From the NCBI GenBank assembly GCA_049322915.1, contig JBMOPW010000010.1, positions 73,994 to 137,993 of the forward strand: DNA of 64,000 bases. Direction: 5' to 3'. A program made the position numbers and the translations under genes. The DNA is from Candidatus Zhuqueibacterota bacterium. Lineage in GTDB: Bacteria > Zhuqueibacterota > Zhuqueibacteria > Thermofontimicrobiales > Thermofontimicrobiaceae. This document shows, piece after piece, positions 28,988-39,247 of this stretch (the stretch's first letter is position 1; each line of letters opens with the position of its first letter). The notes below the pieces were generated by a model, which did no database searches, was not told where the DNA came from, and worked only from the letters and a program-made list of their open reading frames with translations.

Positions 28988-30388
28988 ATGGGAGTCGCGA
29001 AATTTGACCTGGCGGTCATTGGTTCCGGTCCGGGGGGATATGTCGCGGCAGTACGAGCGGCGCAATTGGGCAAAAACGTGGCGGTTGTCGAGCGGGATGA
29101 ACTGGGAGGCGTCTGCCTCAACTGGGGCTGCATTCCCACCAAGGCGTTATTGAAGAGCGCCGAGGTCTATTCGAATTTGCTCAAGGCGAAAGAATTTGGC
29201 CTGTCCGCAGAAAATATCGCTGTTGATTTTCCGGGGATTATCAAGCGAAGCAGGCAGATCGCAGATCGTATGGCCAAGGGCGTCCAGTTTTTATTCAAAA
29301 AAAACAACGTCACGCTGTTTCAGGGGAGCGGTCGGCTGAGCGATGCCGGCGCGGTTGCTGTTTTCAATAGCAGCGGAGAAAAGATCGGGGAGATCAGCGC
29401 CCGGGACATCGTCATTGCCACCGGGGCGCGGCCGCGGTCCATTCCCGGCGTAGCCATTGATCGGAAAAAGATAATCACGAGCCGCGAAGCCATGTCGCTG
29501 GAAAAAATTCCGGAGTCGATGATTGTCATCGGCGCCGGGGCCATTGGCGTGGAGTTCGCCCACTTCTACCACACGTTTGGGTGCAAGGTCACTCTCGTGG
29601 AAATGCTGCCCACGGTGCTCCCCATTGAAGATAACGAAATTACGGATGTGTTGAACCGCGCATTCCGACGCGCGAAGATTGCAGTTCACACCGGCAGTCT
29701 TGTAAAAAAAGTGACGGTGACGGAGAATTCCGTGAAAATTGGTATTGAAAAGGACGGCAGCGCGACAGAACTGGAGGCGGAGTTGGCATTGATGGCCATC
29801 GGCGTGCAGGGGAATTATGAGAATCTCGGCCTCGAAGAATTGGGGGTCGCCATCGAAAAGAGCTTCATCAAAGTGGACGAACAGTATCAGACCAGCGTGA
29901 ACCACATTTACGCGATTGGGGACATCATCGGACCGCCGTTGCTGGCGCACGTGGCGTCCGCCGAGGCCGTAAATCTCGCGGAGCGCCTGGCTGGAATCCT
30001 GGTAGCTCCGATAAATTACAGCGCCATTCCCGGCTGCACCTATTGCAATCCACAGATTGCCAGCATCGGCTTGACCGAAGAAAAAGCGCGTCAGAAAGGG
30101 TACGAGCTGAAAATTGGGCGATTCCCTTTCATTGCCAATGGAAAATCGCTGGCATTGGGCGAGCGCGACGGAATGGTCAAGCTCATCTTCGACGCGAAAT
30201 CCGATGTGTTGCTCGGCGCCCATCTAGTTCACGCTGAAGCGACAGAACTCATCGGCGAGTTGGCCCTCGCCATGTCCAATAACCTGAAAGCGCATGACGT
30301 GATCAAAACGGTTCACGCGCATCCAACGCTTTCGGAGGCGGTGATGGAAGCGGCTGCATCGGCCTATGGCGAGGCCGTGCATGGGTGA
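28988..30388 (+). CDS. lpdA: Dihydrolipoyl dehydrogenase
   Basis: GSGPGGY, GGVCLNWGCIPTK, HAHPTLSE. Confidence 0.95.
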   Translation: MGVAKFDLAVIGSGPGGYVAAVRAAQLGKNVAVVERDELGGVCLNWGCIPTKALLKSAEVYSNLLKAKEFGLSAENIAVDFPGIIKRSRQIADRMAKGVQFLFKKNNVTLFQGSGRLSDAGAVAVFNSSGEKIGEISARDIVIATGARPRSIPGVAIDRKKIITSREAMSLEKIPESMIVIGAGAIGVEFAHFYHTFGCKVTLVEMLPTVLPIEDNEITDVLNRAFRRAKIAVHTGSLVKKVTVTENSVKIGIEKDGSATELEAELALMAIGVQGNYENLGLEELGVAIEKSFIKVDEQYQTSVNHIYAIGDIIGPPLLAHVASAEAVNLAERLAGILVAPINYSAIPGCTYCNPQIASIGLTEEKARQKGYELKIGRFPFIANGKSLALGERDGMVKLIFDAKSDVLLGAHLVHAEATELIGELALAMSNNLKAHDVIKTVHAHPTLSEAVMEAAASAYGEAVHG

Positions 30389-30635
30389 GATGCCGGACAA
30401 TCGCGCCGATCTGCGGCAGTTTGCATGATGCGCATGATTGAGTTTTTTCGACAGACCGGGCTTGCCCGTTCTCTGAGCAGAGTCAGGCAGCGAATGGCAT
30501 GAGCACGGCCCATTCCATTTTTAACCGAGAGACGAACTCCGGAAAAACTCAGGGGCAACTGTCAGTCACGGACGGAATTGATTTAGCATTGAAGAATGGT
30601 GATGTACACTGCAGTCATGGGAGCGAAATGAAGCT

Positions 30636-31502
30636 ATGAAAATTCGGCACGAACGACACCCGCGCTGGCTGAAAGTGCCTTTGCCAGCCGGGGAGAATTT
30701 CAACGAGGTGAGAAAGCTGGTCAAAGACCATAATCTTCACACCGTCTGCCAGAGCGCCCATTGTCCCAATATTGGCGAGTGCTGGGGACACCGCACGTCG
30801 ACGTTCATGATTTTGGGGGATATCTGCACGCGAAACTGTCGCTATTGCGCAGTGATTCATGGCAGCCCTTCTCCGCTCGATTCGGACGAGCCCCGGCGCG
30901 TGGCCGATGCGGTGAAAATTTTGTCCCTGCGTTACGCCGTCATCACCTCGGTGACGCGGGACGATGTTCCGGATGGCGGCGCTTCAATTTTCGCGGACAC
31001 CATTCGGGAAATCCGCGGGCAGATGCCCGGATGCCGGATTGAAGTGCTGATCCCGGATTTCGCCGGTTCCAATGACTCGCTGAACACCGTGCTCGAAGCC
31101 GGGCCGGATGTGCTGAATCACAACCTGGAGACAGTGCCGCGGCTGTACCCCAACGTCAGGCCTCAGGCGAATTACCATCGCTCGCTCAAGGTTCTGGAAC
31201 AGGCGAAGCAGGCCGGTTTCATTACCAAGTCAGGACTGATGCTCGGCCTGGGCGAAACCAATGCGGATGTGATTGACGTGATGCGGGACCTGCGCGCTGT
31301 CGATGGCGACATTTTAACGCTGGGACAATACCTGCAACCATCGGCTGAGCATGCGCCGATCGATCGCTACGTGACCCCGGCCGATTTTGACATGCTCAGG
31401 CAGGAGGGCGAAGCAATGGGGTTTCAGCATGTGGAGTCCGGGCCGCTCGTGCGCAGTTCCTACCATGCTGCTGTATGCTACAATGAAATCGCCTCGCGCT
31501 GA
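30636..31502 (+). CDS. lipA: Lipoyl synthase
   Basis: CQSAHCPNIGEC, radical SAM CTRNCRYC, RSSYHA. Confidence 0.96.
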   Translation: MKIRHERHPRWLKVPLPAGENFNEVRKLVKDHNLHTVCQSAHCPNIGECWGHRTSTFMILGDICTRNCRYCAVIHGSPSPLDSDEPRRVADAVKILSLRYAVITSVTRDDVPDGGASIFADTIREIRGQMPGCRIEVLIPDFAGSNDSLNTVLEAGPDVLNHNLETVPRLYPNVRPQANYHRSLKVLEQAKQAGFITKSGLMLGLGETNADVIDVMRDLRAVDGDILTLGQYLQPSAEHAPIDRYVTPADFDMLRQEGEAMGFQHVESGPLVRSSYHAAVCYNEIASR

Positions 31503-31730
31503 AAAAGTGAATGCCTTTAACCCTGTTAATTCTTTTACGGTTAACTCGAAGCACTCAGATTTTTGACTTGATTATTAATTCTTTTATTGGTATAATGCAA
31601 CCTGATTTTTGTCGCTGGCGTTCCGATGCAGCCGCAGGACAGGCGTCCGATCAGATGAACCACTCTCTGCAAATCCAATTCAATTTTCCAACTGTAACTG
31701 ATGATGAAATAAACACGATGGAGGTTCACT

Positions 31731-31958
31731 TTGGCTCATGTAATCACTGATCTCTGCACCCAATGCGGGAATTGTTCTGAAGTCTGCCCGGTGGAATGCA
31801 TTAAAAAAGGCGATGAACAATATTACATCAATCCCGAGGAATGCATCGATTGCGCTGCCTGCGTGGAGGAGTGTCCCGAGGGAGCAATATTCGCGGAAGA
31901 AGATTTGCCCAATGACAAGAAATCGTTTCCCGAAATAAATGCGAGTTTTTTTGGATAG
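31731..31958 (+). CDS. 2x[4Fe-4S] ferredoxin
   Basis: CTQCGNCSEVCP and CIDCAACVEECP; TTG start with GGAGG SD. Confidence 0.92.
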   Translation: MAHVITDLCTQCGNCSEVCPVECIKKGDEQYYINPEECIDCAACVEECPEGAIFAEEDLPNDKKSFPEINASFFG

Positions 31959-32098
31959 ACGCCGATGGACCATGCCTGCCACTTTTCAGACCGGCCCATC
32001 GCTCCAATCTGTTTTTCGTGACTATTCAGCCACCAAGTCTCCAAGATACAAAGAATTAATTATATCAAAAAATATTGATTCTGAAAAGCTGAATTGTG

Positions 32099-32141
32099 TT
32101 TTAGAAATGAAATTGAATTTTAGAAATGAAATTTAATTTCA
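32099..32141. promoter_or_regulatory. 19-bp tandem repeat containing 7-1-7 inverted repeats (possible Fur-family operator)
   Basis: TTTTAGAAATGAAATT twice with period 19; TGAAATT-T-AATTTCA perfect at 32127-32141. Confidence 0.3.
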
Positions 32142-32153
32142 AAAAATGAGAAT

Positions 32154-32343
32154 GAGTCGGCGCTGAAAAGGGGCTAAAGCCCAAAAATCAAAGGTAAAAT
32201 TCTGTTCCCCCGACTTAAAAGTCGGGGCTATTCAAGGTGTCTGACTTTTAATTTTTTCGAATGAATTGCCACGTCATTAATGACGTGGAAACGATATCAT
32301 CCCCAACGTATCAAAGCCTTTCAAGGCTTTTCAGAGTCGACCC
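32154..32343. repeat. Symmetric REPIN/MITE-like composite of four hairpins with imperfect terminal inverted repeats
   Basis: GAGTCGGCGCTGAAAAG...CTTTTCAGAGTCGACCC ends; hairpins GGGCTAAAGCCC, CCCCGACTTAAAAGTCGGGG, CCACGTCATTAATGACGTGG, AAAGCCTTTCAAGGCTTT. Confidence 0.65.
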
Positions 32344-32594
32344 TGGAATGAAAATGAAAGTGACATCTTTTTGACCTGGTGAATTTTAGGCAGGAATACA
32401 TGCCTGAACAGTCACTGTTTTTCAAATACATCTGAAAATTATTAAGGGATCTGCATTCTGACAGATCACGATTTTTCCTTCGTACTGAATGATATTTCCA
32501 GCACCAGTTACATCCGCCCCATTGAAAATATTCTGGTTAGTAGAGACATTAAACCAGTTGAATCCCAGGATTCTCAATCAAGGAGAGATACTTG

Positions 32595-35039
32595 ATGGCA
32601 TCGCGAATTAAAGAATTGTCTCCCGAGCAAATCAGCTACTTCTGCAATCCATCCCAATTCAAATTTGAATCCACTGCCGAACTGAAACCACTGGATGAAG
32701 TCATCGGTCAGGACCGCGCCGTTGCGGCCATTGATTTTGGCGTGGAAATAAAGCATTATGGGTACAATATTTTCGCGCTTGGCCCGGTCGGCGCCGGCAA
32801 AACTTCCACGATACGCGACGCCGTGGCCAAACGCGCGCTGGAAATGCCGGCGCCGGATGACTGGTGTTACGTGTACAATTTTCAGAATCCGGATGAGCCG
32901 AATGCATTGGCGCTGCATCCCGGCATGGGCAAACTGTTCAGAAAATCGATGCAGGCGTTGACGGCGGAGCTGCGCCGGGAAATTCCGGCAAAATTGACGT
33001 CCAAAGAGTACCTCAGCGCCAGAGCCGCCATCATTGAAGAAATCAGGCAGAAGCAGAATCAGATATTGGTGGACTTTGATGAGCGGATAAAACAGGATGG
33101 CTTTTCGCTGGTCAAGGCCGAGGCCGGGTTGGCGCTGGCGCCGTTCCGCAACAATCAGGTGTTAACGCCGGAGCAATTTCAGCAACTGACCCCGGAAGAG
33201 AAAAAACAGATCGAAAAAGCCGGGGCGGAAATACAGCGATTATTGAACGATGAACTGCAGAAGGTGCATAACCTGGATCAGGACGTCAATGTCAAAGTGG
33301 ATGAGTTCCAGAAAGCGACCATTAAGGAGCTGGTTCAGATTCCGCTGCAGGCGCGCTTTGTCCAATTCGAACAACTTCCCGAAGTCGAGAATTATTTGCG
33401 GGATGTGGAAAACGACCTGATCGAACATGCCGGCGAATTTTTGCTCGCGCCTGATGCGGAGAGCGGGGATAAAAAAGAGGCCGCGTTGCCGGATCGCAAT
33501 TCATTCGATTTTAACAGATACCTCGTGAACCTCATTGTGGACAACAGCGAAACCATGGGCGCGCCGGTCATTATCGAGACAAATCCCACTTACTCTAACC
33601 TCATTGGACGGATAGAACGCATTTCTCAGATGGGACTCCTGGTCACCAATTTCAAGCTGATCAAAGGCGGAGCGCTTCATAAAGCCAACCATGGATTTCT
33701 CATCATTGACGCCAGCCAACTGTTTCAATCGGATCTGGCCTGGCAGGCGCTGAAGCGGGCGTTGAAAAATAAAGTCATCACGATCACCGAACCGACCGAC
33801 GAGAATTCCTTCATGGCCGTGAAAACCATTGAGCCAGAGCCCATTCCGCTGGATGTAAAAATTGTGCTGATTGGAAATACCCGCACCTATTACCTGCTGC
33901 TGAACACCGACGAAGAGTTCAGAAAGCTGTTCAAGGTGAAAGCGGATTTCAATACGGACATGCCGCGTACCCGAAAGAATATTCTCAACTATGCCCGTTT
34001 CATTCGGAACCAGTGCGAGATCGAGTCGCTGCGCCATCTGGACGCCGCGGCTGTCAGCGCGGTGGTGGAATATGGCGTTTCGCTGACAGGGGATCAATTG
34101 AAACTATCCACGCATTTTGCAGACATCTGTGACCTGCTGATCGAGTCCAACTATTGGGCCGGTAAAAATCATCGCGACATGATTACACGGGAGGATGTCA
34201 AGCATGCCATCGATGCGAAAAATTATCGGCTGAATAAATACGAAATCCAGCTTCGGGATATCATCGAAGACAAGACCATCAGCATCCGTACGCGGGGCAA
34301 AATCGTCGGCGAGGTGAATGGTCTGGCCGTGATAAATGTCAGCGACCACTTTTTTGGTCGGCCCACGCGGATATCGGTGCGCACATATCTGGGACGCAAC
34401 GGTGTCACCGCCATCGACCGCGAAGCCAAAATGAGCGGGCCGATTCACAACAAAGGCGTGCTGATCATTTCCGGCTATTTGAACGGGATGTTCGGGTCGA
34501 AAATCCAGCTCGCGTTGTCGGCGAGCATCACCTTTGAGCAGAATTATGAAGCGATCGATGGGGATAGCGCTTCTTCCACAGAATTGTACGCGCTGCTTTC
34601 CAGCCTTGCCGATTTCCCCATTAACCAGGGAATTGCCGTCACTGGCTCGGTCAATCAAATGGGTGAGGTGCAGGCGATTGGCGGCGTTTCCAAAAAAATC
34701 GATGGATTTTTTGAGATCTGTGCGAGCCAGGGATTGACCGGCCAGCAGGGCGTGATCATCCCTCAGACCAATATGAAGAACCTGGTCTGCAGCGATCGGG
34801 TGATCGAAGCGGTGCGGGCCGGACAATTTCACATCTATCCGGTCGCGACGGTGGAAGAAGGGATTGAAATTCTCACCGGCGTCAGGGCCGGGCATCGCCA
34901 GAAAAATGGCGAATTCCCCAAAGGCACTGTCTTCCGTGCGGTGGAAGATCGGTTGCGCGAGATGGCGGAGCAGATCAAAAACAACGAGCATTCGTCCCGA
35001 AAGAAAAAGCGCCCGCCGAAGAAAGACGTCAGAAAATGA
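32595..35039 (+). CDS. LonC-type (Lon-like) AAA+ protease
   Basis: IGQDRA, GPVGAGKT, long helical insert, GALHKANHG, Ser-Lys dyad DGDSASS...IGGVSKKIDGF. Confidence 0.88.
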   Translation: MASRIKELSPEQISYFCNPSQFKFESTAELKPLDEVIGQDRAVAAIDFGVEIKHYGYNIFALGPVGAGKTSTIRDAVAKRALEMPAPDDWCYVYNFQNPDEPNALALHPGMGKLFRKSMQALTAELRREIPAKLTSKEYLSARAAIIEEIRQKQNQILVDFDERIKQDGFSLVKAEAGLALAPFRNNQVLTPEQFQQLTPEEKKQIEKAGAEIQRLLNDELQKVHNLDQDVNVKVDEFQKATIKELVQIPLQARFVQFEQLPEVENYLRDVENDLIEHAGEFLLAPDAESGDKKEAALPDRNSFDFNRYLVNLIVDNSETMGAPVIIETNPTYSNLIGRIERISQMGLLVTNFKLIKGGALHKANHGFLIIDASQLFQSDLAWQALKRALKNKVITITEPTDENSFMAVKTIEPEPIPLDVKIVLIGNTRTYYLLLNTDEEFRKLFKVKADFNTDMPRTRKNILNYARFIRNQCEIESLRHLDAAAVSAVVEYGVSLTGDQLKLSTHFADICDLLIESNYWAGKNHRDMITREDVKHAIDAKNYRLNKYEIQLRDIIEDKTISIRTRGKIVGEVNGLAVINVSDHFFGRPTRISVRTYLGRNGVTAIDREAKMSGPIHNKGVLIISGYLNGMFGSKIQLALSASITFEQNYEAIDGDSASSTELYALLSSLADFPINQGIAVTGSVNQMGEVQAIGGVSKKIDGFFEICASQGLTGQQGVIIPQTNMKNLVCSDRVIEAVRAGQFHIYPVATVEEGIEILTGVRAGHRQKNGEFPKGTVFRAVEDRLREMAEQIKNNEHSSRKKKRPPKKDVRK

Positions 35040-35225
35040 CCGTCGCGATGCCCTCCGGCTGAGCGACTCTGCGAAAATCGCTGCTGCTGATTTGCCCCGA
35101 GGTAGCCAGGCCAAACGCGGCAGAGACTCAGTCCGAATGAGAGTTGCCTCGGATGCGATCAAAATTCCGCCCGGCGTTGTGAGTGAAGATTGAATTGGAA
35201 GTGAGAAAAGAAACGGAGACCCATC

Positions 35226-36317
35226 ATGGGCTTCACATGTGGATTGGTTGGATTGCCCAATGTCGGCAAATCGACCCTTTTTAACGCGCTGACATCCCAA
35301 AGCGTGCCGGCTTCAAATTACCCGTTCTGTACCATCGATCCCAATGTGGGCGTTGTGCCGCTGCGCGATGAGCGCCTCGAAAAGATCGCTGCCATCGTCG
35401 GTTCCGCAAAGGCGACGCCGACCAGTCTGGAATTCATCGATATTGCCGGGCTGGTGAAAGGCGCGAGCACGGGCGAGGGGCTGGGCAACCAGTTCCTCAA
35501 CCATATTCAGGCGGTGGACGCCATCGCCCATGTGGTCCGCTGTTTCGAGGACGAAAATGTCGCGCACATTTCAGCGAAGCTGGACCCTGTGAATGACGTG
35601 GATATCATTCTGACCGAGCTGACGCTGCACGATCTGGAAGTTGTCGGGCGCAATCTGGAAAAATTAAGGGCGGCGGCCAGGACTGGCGACCCGAAAGTGA
35701 AGCAACGCCTTGCTGAACTGAGCGACATTCACGAGGCTCTTGCCCGGGGGAATCCGTTAAAAAAGATGACGCTGTCCGAAATCGGAATGGAATTGGTGCG
35801 CGAAATCAACCTGCTCACCATCAAGCCGGCGATATACATCGCCAATGTCGATGAAAAGCATTACAAAGACAGTCCGCACGTGGCGCAATTGATTCAATAC
35901 GCAAGTCAGTGGAACGAGCCATGCGTGATTATCAGCGGCAAGCTGCAGGAAGAGATCGCGCAACTGGATGCGGACAGTCAGGTCGAATTTTTGCAGGAAT
36001 GGGGACTGGACGAGCTGAGCCTGAATAAAATCGTGCGCGCCGGCTACCAGGTTTTGAACCTGATCACCTTCTTCACAGCCAACCAGAACGAAGCGCACGC
36101 CTGGACTGTCCCTCGCGGCGCCGGCGTGCAAAAGGCGGCTGGAAAAGTTCACTCCGATTTTGAGCAGGGTTTTATTCGGGCGGAGGTGATCAAATTCGCG
36201 GATTTGATCGAATTCGGCTCGGACGCTAATCTGCGAGAGCATGGCAAAATAGCCATACACGGGAAAGATTATGTGGTTGAAGATGGGGATTTGATTTTTT
36301 TCAGATCAAAGGTGTGA
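35226..36317 (+). CDS. ychF: Ribosome-binding ATPase YchF
   Basis: GLPNVGKST, NYPFCTIDPN, DIAGLVKGAS, TGS domain. Confidence 0.96.
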   Translation: MGFTCGLVGLPNVGKSTLFNALTSQSVPASNYPFCTIDPNVGVVPLRDERLEKIAAIVGSAKATPTSLEFIDIAGLVKGASTGEGLGNQFLNHIQAVDAIAHVVRCFEDENVAHISAKLDPVNDVDIILTELTLHDLEVVGRNLEKLRAAARTGDPKVKQRLAELSDIHEALARGNPLKKMTLSEIGMELVREINLLTIKPAIYIANVDEKHYKDSPHVAQLIQYASQWNEPCVIISGKLQEEIAQLDADSQVEFLQEWGLDELSLNKIVRAGYQVLNLITFFTANQNEAHAWTVPRGAGVQKAAGKVHSDFEQGFIRAEVIKFADLIEFGSDANLREHGKIAIHGKDYVVEDGDLIFFRSKV

Positions 36318-36397
36318 TACGCAATCCGTCAGTGTGGCTGTTTTTTGGGCGCCGGCGATGAACTGGCAGTGAAATTTCCACGACCCGCCGCTGTGCA

Positions 36398-37261
36398 TCA
36401 ATCCTTTCGGAAATGATGTTCGGCCATCCAGCGTTTCATTTTTTCGACAATGGAGTAGGGCACATCCATTTTACCGATGAGAATTTCCGAAAATCGCTTT
36501 CCGTGGCAATCCGATCCTCCGGTTTCGATCAATCCAAATTTCTTCGCGAATCCGCGATAATGCTGAAGCTGTTCCTGGGAGTGGCGCGGATGAATCGTCT
36601 CGATGCCATTGAGCCCGACTTTAATCAGTTCCAGCAGGCCGTCGTCGGTGACGTCTGAGCCGGGATGGGCGATGACGCAGACGCCTCCGGCTCTATTGAT
36701 CAACGCAATCGCTTCTGCTGGCGATATTTTGTACTTTGGCACGGCGCAGGGACAGCCGTCGCCGATGTACCGATTGAACGCATCGTAGTAGTTGTAGGCA
36801 AAACCCTCTTCCACCAGCGCGTCGGCGATATGGGGCCGTCCAATGGACCCCGGCCCGGCTTTCTGGCGAATGAAATCGAATGAAAGATGGATGCCAAAAT
36901 TTTTCAGGAGGGCGATGATTTTGTGGGCGCGTTTAATTCGCTCTTCCTGGAAGAAATTGACATATTCGATGAGTTGCGGGTGGTTGTAATCGAAAAAATA
37001 GCCTAACAGGTGGAGATCAAAACTTTTCGAGCGCGCGGAAATTTCGATGCCGGAGATGAATTCAATATTCTTCTCGCGGCAATAGCATTCCGTTTCTTCC
37101 AGGCCCCGAATATCATCGTGGTCAGTGATGCTGATCGCTTTGACAGCGCGCTCCACTGCAATATCGACGATTTCACGGGCCGAAAGCATGCCATCGGACC
37201 GATTGGAATGGATGTGCAGATCCGCGCGAGACTCTGAAAATAGGGGGTTTTGAGAGTTCAT
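36398..37261 (-). CDS. PHP-domain phosphoesterase (TrpH/YciV-like)
   Basis: DLHIHSNRSDG, ITDHD, GRPHIA, AHP, GGSDCHG. Confidence 0.9.
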   Translation of the reverse strand: MNSQNPLFSESRADLHIHSNRSDGMLSAREIVDIAVERAVKAISITDHDDIRGLEETECYCREKNIEFISGIEISARSKSFDLHLLGYFFDYNHPQLIEYVNFFQEERIKRAHKIIALLKNFGIHLSFDFIRQKAGPGSIGRPHIADALVEEGFAYNYYDAFNRYIGDGCPCAVPKYKISPAEAIALINRAGGVCVIAHPGSDVTDDGLLELIKVGLNGIETIHPRHSQEQLQHYRGFAKKFGLIETGGSDCHGKRFSEILIGKMDVPYSIVEKMKRWMAEHHFRKD

Positions 37262-37296
37262 GCCACGAATTTTTTCTTTAATTATAACATTACGAA

Positions 37297-38358
37297 CTAA
37301 CGGATTTGAAGCATTCGGTCCAGCGCTTTCCGGGCGTCACTTTTTACCGTGTTGGGAACTGACACAATATTGACTTTGCCCAGATTATCCAGCGTCCAGC
37401 ACAAATTATTCAGATTGATTTTATACATATTGGCGCACATGGACCGGCTGAGCGGGATAATTTTTTTATTTGAATACGAATTGCTCAGTCGATTTACAAG
37501 GTTAATTTCTGTACCCACGGCGATCACCGAGCCGGCAGGCGCCTGATCGACGTACTGAATGATGTGGCTCGTTGAACCACTGGCGTCGGAAGCGTTCACC
37601 ACCGATTCACTGCATTCCGGGTGGACGATCACTTTTCCATCCGGATACTGTTCGCGGAAGTGTTCAATATGCTGCACCTTAAACGCAGTATGAACGAGAC
37701 AATGTCCCTTCCAGACAATGATCTTTGCCTGCCTGATTTTCTCCGGATCATTTCCCCCGAACGGCTTCTTCGGATCCCAGACGATCCGCTGGCCCTCTGA
37801 AATTCCCATCCGATTGGCGGTATTGGCGCCCAGATGCTGATCCGGGAAGAAAAATGCTTTTTCGCCCCGTTCAAACGCCCAGGCCATCGCTCCCCGCGCA
37901 TTCGACGAGGTGCAGACGACGCCATCATACTCGCCGCAAAAGGCCTTGAGTTCCGCGCTGGAGTTCACGTAGGTGACCGGAACAATCGATTCGACATCGC
38001 AGACGCTGCTGAGTTCCTGCCAGGCGTGAGTCACCATGGATAAATCAGCGAAATTCGCCAGTGGACACCCGGAGTGAATATCCGGCAGGTGCACAATTTG
38101 CGAGTCACTGGAAAGTATGTCCGCTGCTTCGGCCATGAAATAAACGCCGCAGAATACGATGAATTCGGCCTGTTTCTGTTCTGCTGCATTGATGCACAGC
38201 GCGTAGGAATCGCCGCGGAAATTGGCCATTTCAATGACATCGTCCCGCTGGTAATGATGCCCCAGAATGACCAGCCTCTTTCCGTATTTCTCTTTCGCAG
38301 TCAGGATGCGCTTCTTTAACTCCGCATCCGACGCTATTTTATATTCATCAGGAAGCAT
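37297..38358 (-). CDS. nadA: Quinolinate synthase
   Basis: GHHYQ, FCGVYFMAE, TYVNSSA, CTSSNA, PDQHLG, HPEC and three Fe-S Cys. Confidence 0.93.
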   Translation of the reverse strand: MLPDEYKIASDAELKKRILTAKEKYGKRLVILGHHYQRDDVIEMANFRGDSYALCINAAEQKQAEFIVFCGVYFMAEAADILSSDSQIVHLPDIHSGCPLANFADLSMVTHAWQELSSVCDVESIVPVTYVNSSAELKAFCGEYDGVVCTSSNARGAMAWAFERGEKAFFFPDQHLGANTANRMGISEGQRIVWDPKKPFGGNDPEKIRQAKIIVWKGHCLVHTAFKVQHIEHFREQYPDGKVIVHPECSESVVNASDASGSTSHIIQYVDQAPAGSVIAVGTEINLVNRLSNSYSNKKIIPLSRSMCANMYKINLNNLCWTLDNLGKVNIVSVPNTVKSDARKALDRMLQIR

Positions 38359-39109
38359 TTTCTTCTTGTCTTGGTTTAGGTTGTGAAAATTTCGATACCC
38401 AGATGCTGATCTCGTAGAGTATCAACAGGGGACCGGCCAGCAATAGCTGAGTCACAGCGTCGGGCGGAGTAAGGATGGCCGCAACGATGAAAATGATGAC
38501 AATGCCGTATCGTCGCTTGGTGCGCATGAATTCCGGCGTCAGGAGCCCCATCTTGCTCAGGAAAAATGACAGCAACGGCAACTCGAAAACCATGCCGAAA
38601 ACCATGATCAACAGCGTGACGAATTTCAGATATTCCTTGATCTGAATGGTCGGCTCCAGCTGATCAGAACCAAAGGCCAGCAGATAGTTCAGGCCATATC
38701 TGATGATGACGAAATAACAGAAAGCTGCGCCCATGAGAAAGAAAAAGGATGAATAGAAAACAATAAGTGGTATGTACTTTCGCTCTTTCTTGTACAGTCC
38801 CGGGGCAACAAATTTCCACAGGTGATAAAAAATGACAGGCAGGCTGACGATTATCCCGGCAAAGAAAGCGACCTTGATGTGGACAATGAAGCCCTCTGTC
38901 GGCGCCAGAAATATCAGCTTTTCATTTTTGGGATAAGGGCGCAGGAGAAATGCCATGATGTATTTGGAAAAGTAAAATGCCACCATACTCGTGACAGAAA
39001 CAGTAACAATGATCCAGATGAGCCTCTGCCGCAATTCTTCCAGATGTTCCAGAAAAGGCATTACTTTTTCCTGAGGCTCAGCACCATTTTTATTGTCTTC
39101 TTGGGTCAT
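38348..39109 (-). CDS. tatC: Twin-arginine translocase subunit TatC
   Basis: MPFLEHLEELRQR, FVAPGLY, FELP, ILTPPD. Confidence 0.95.
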   Translation of the reverse strand: MTQEDNKNGAEPQEKVMPFLEHLEELRQRLIWIIVTVSVTSMVAFYFSKYIMAFLLRPYPKNEKLIFLAPTEGFIVHIKVAFFAGIIVSLPVIFYHLWKFVAPGLYKKERKYIPLIVFYSSFFFLMGAAFCYFVIIRYGLNYLLAFGSDQLEPTIQIKEYLKFVTLLIMVFGMVFELPLLSFFLSKMGLLTPEFMRTKRRYGIVIIFIVAAILTPPDAVTQLLLAGPLLILYEISIWVSKFSQPKPRQEENAS

Positions 39110-39247
39110 AGTCTTTCATTTGGTTAATAGATTCGTGAATTCAGGAGGACCAAATCAGGCGGGGTGTCCTGCATACCCACCTGAGACCTCAACGTTGCTA
39201 AAAGAAAAATCGCTTTGGAATCTGTCTGTTCAGCGACATCCTCATCA

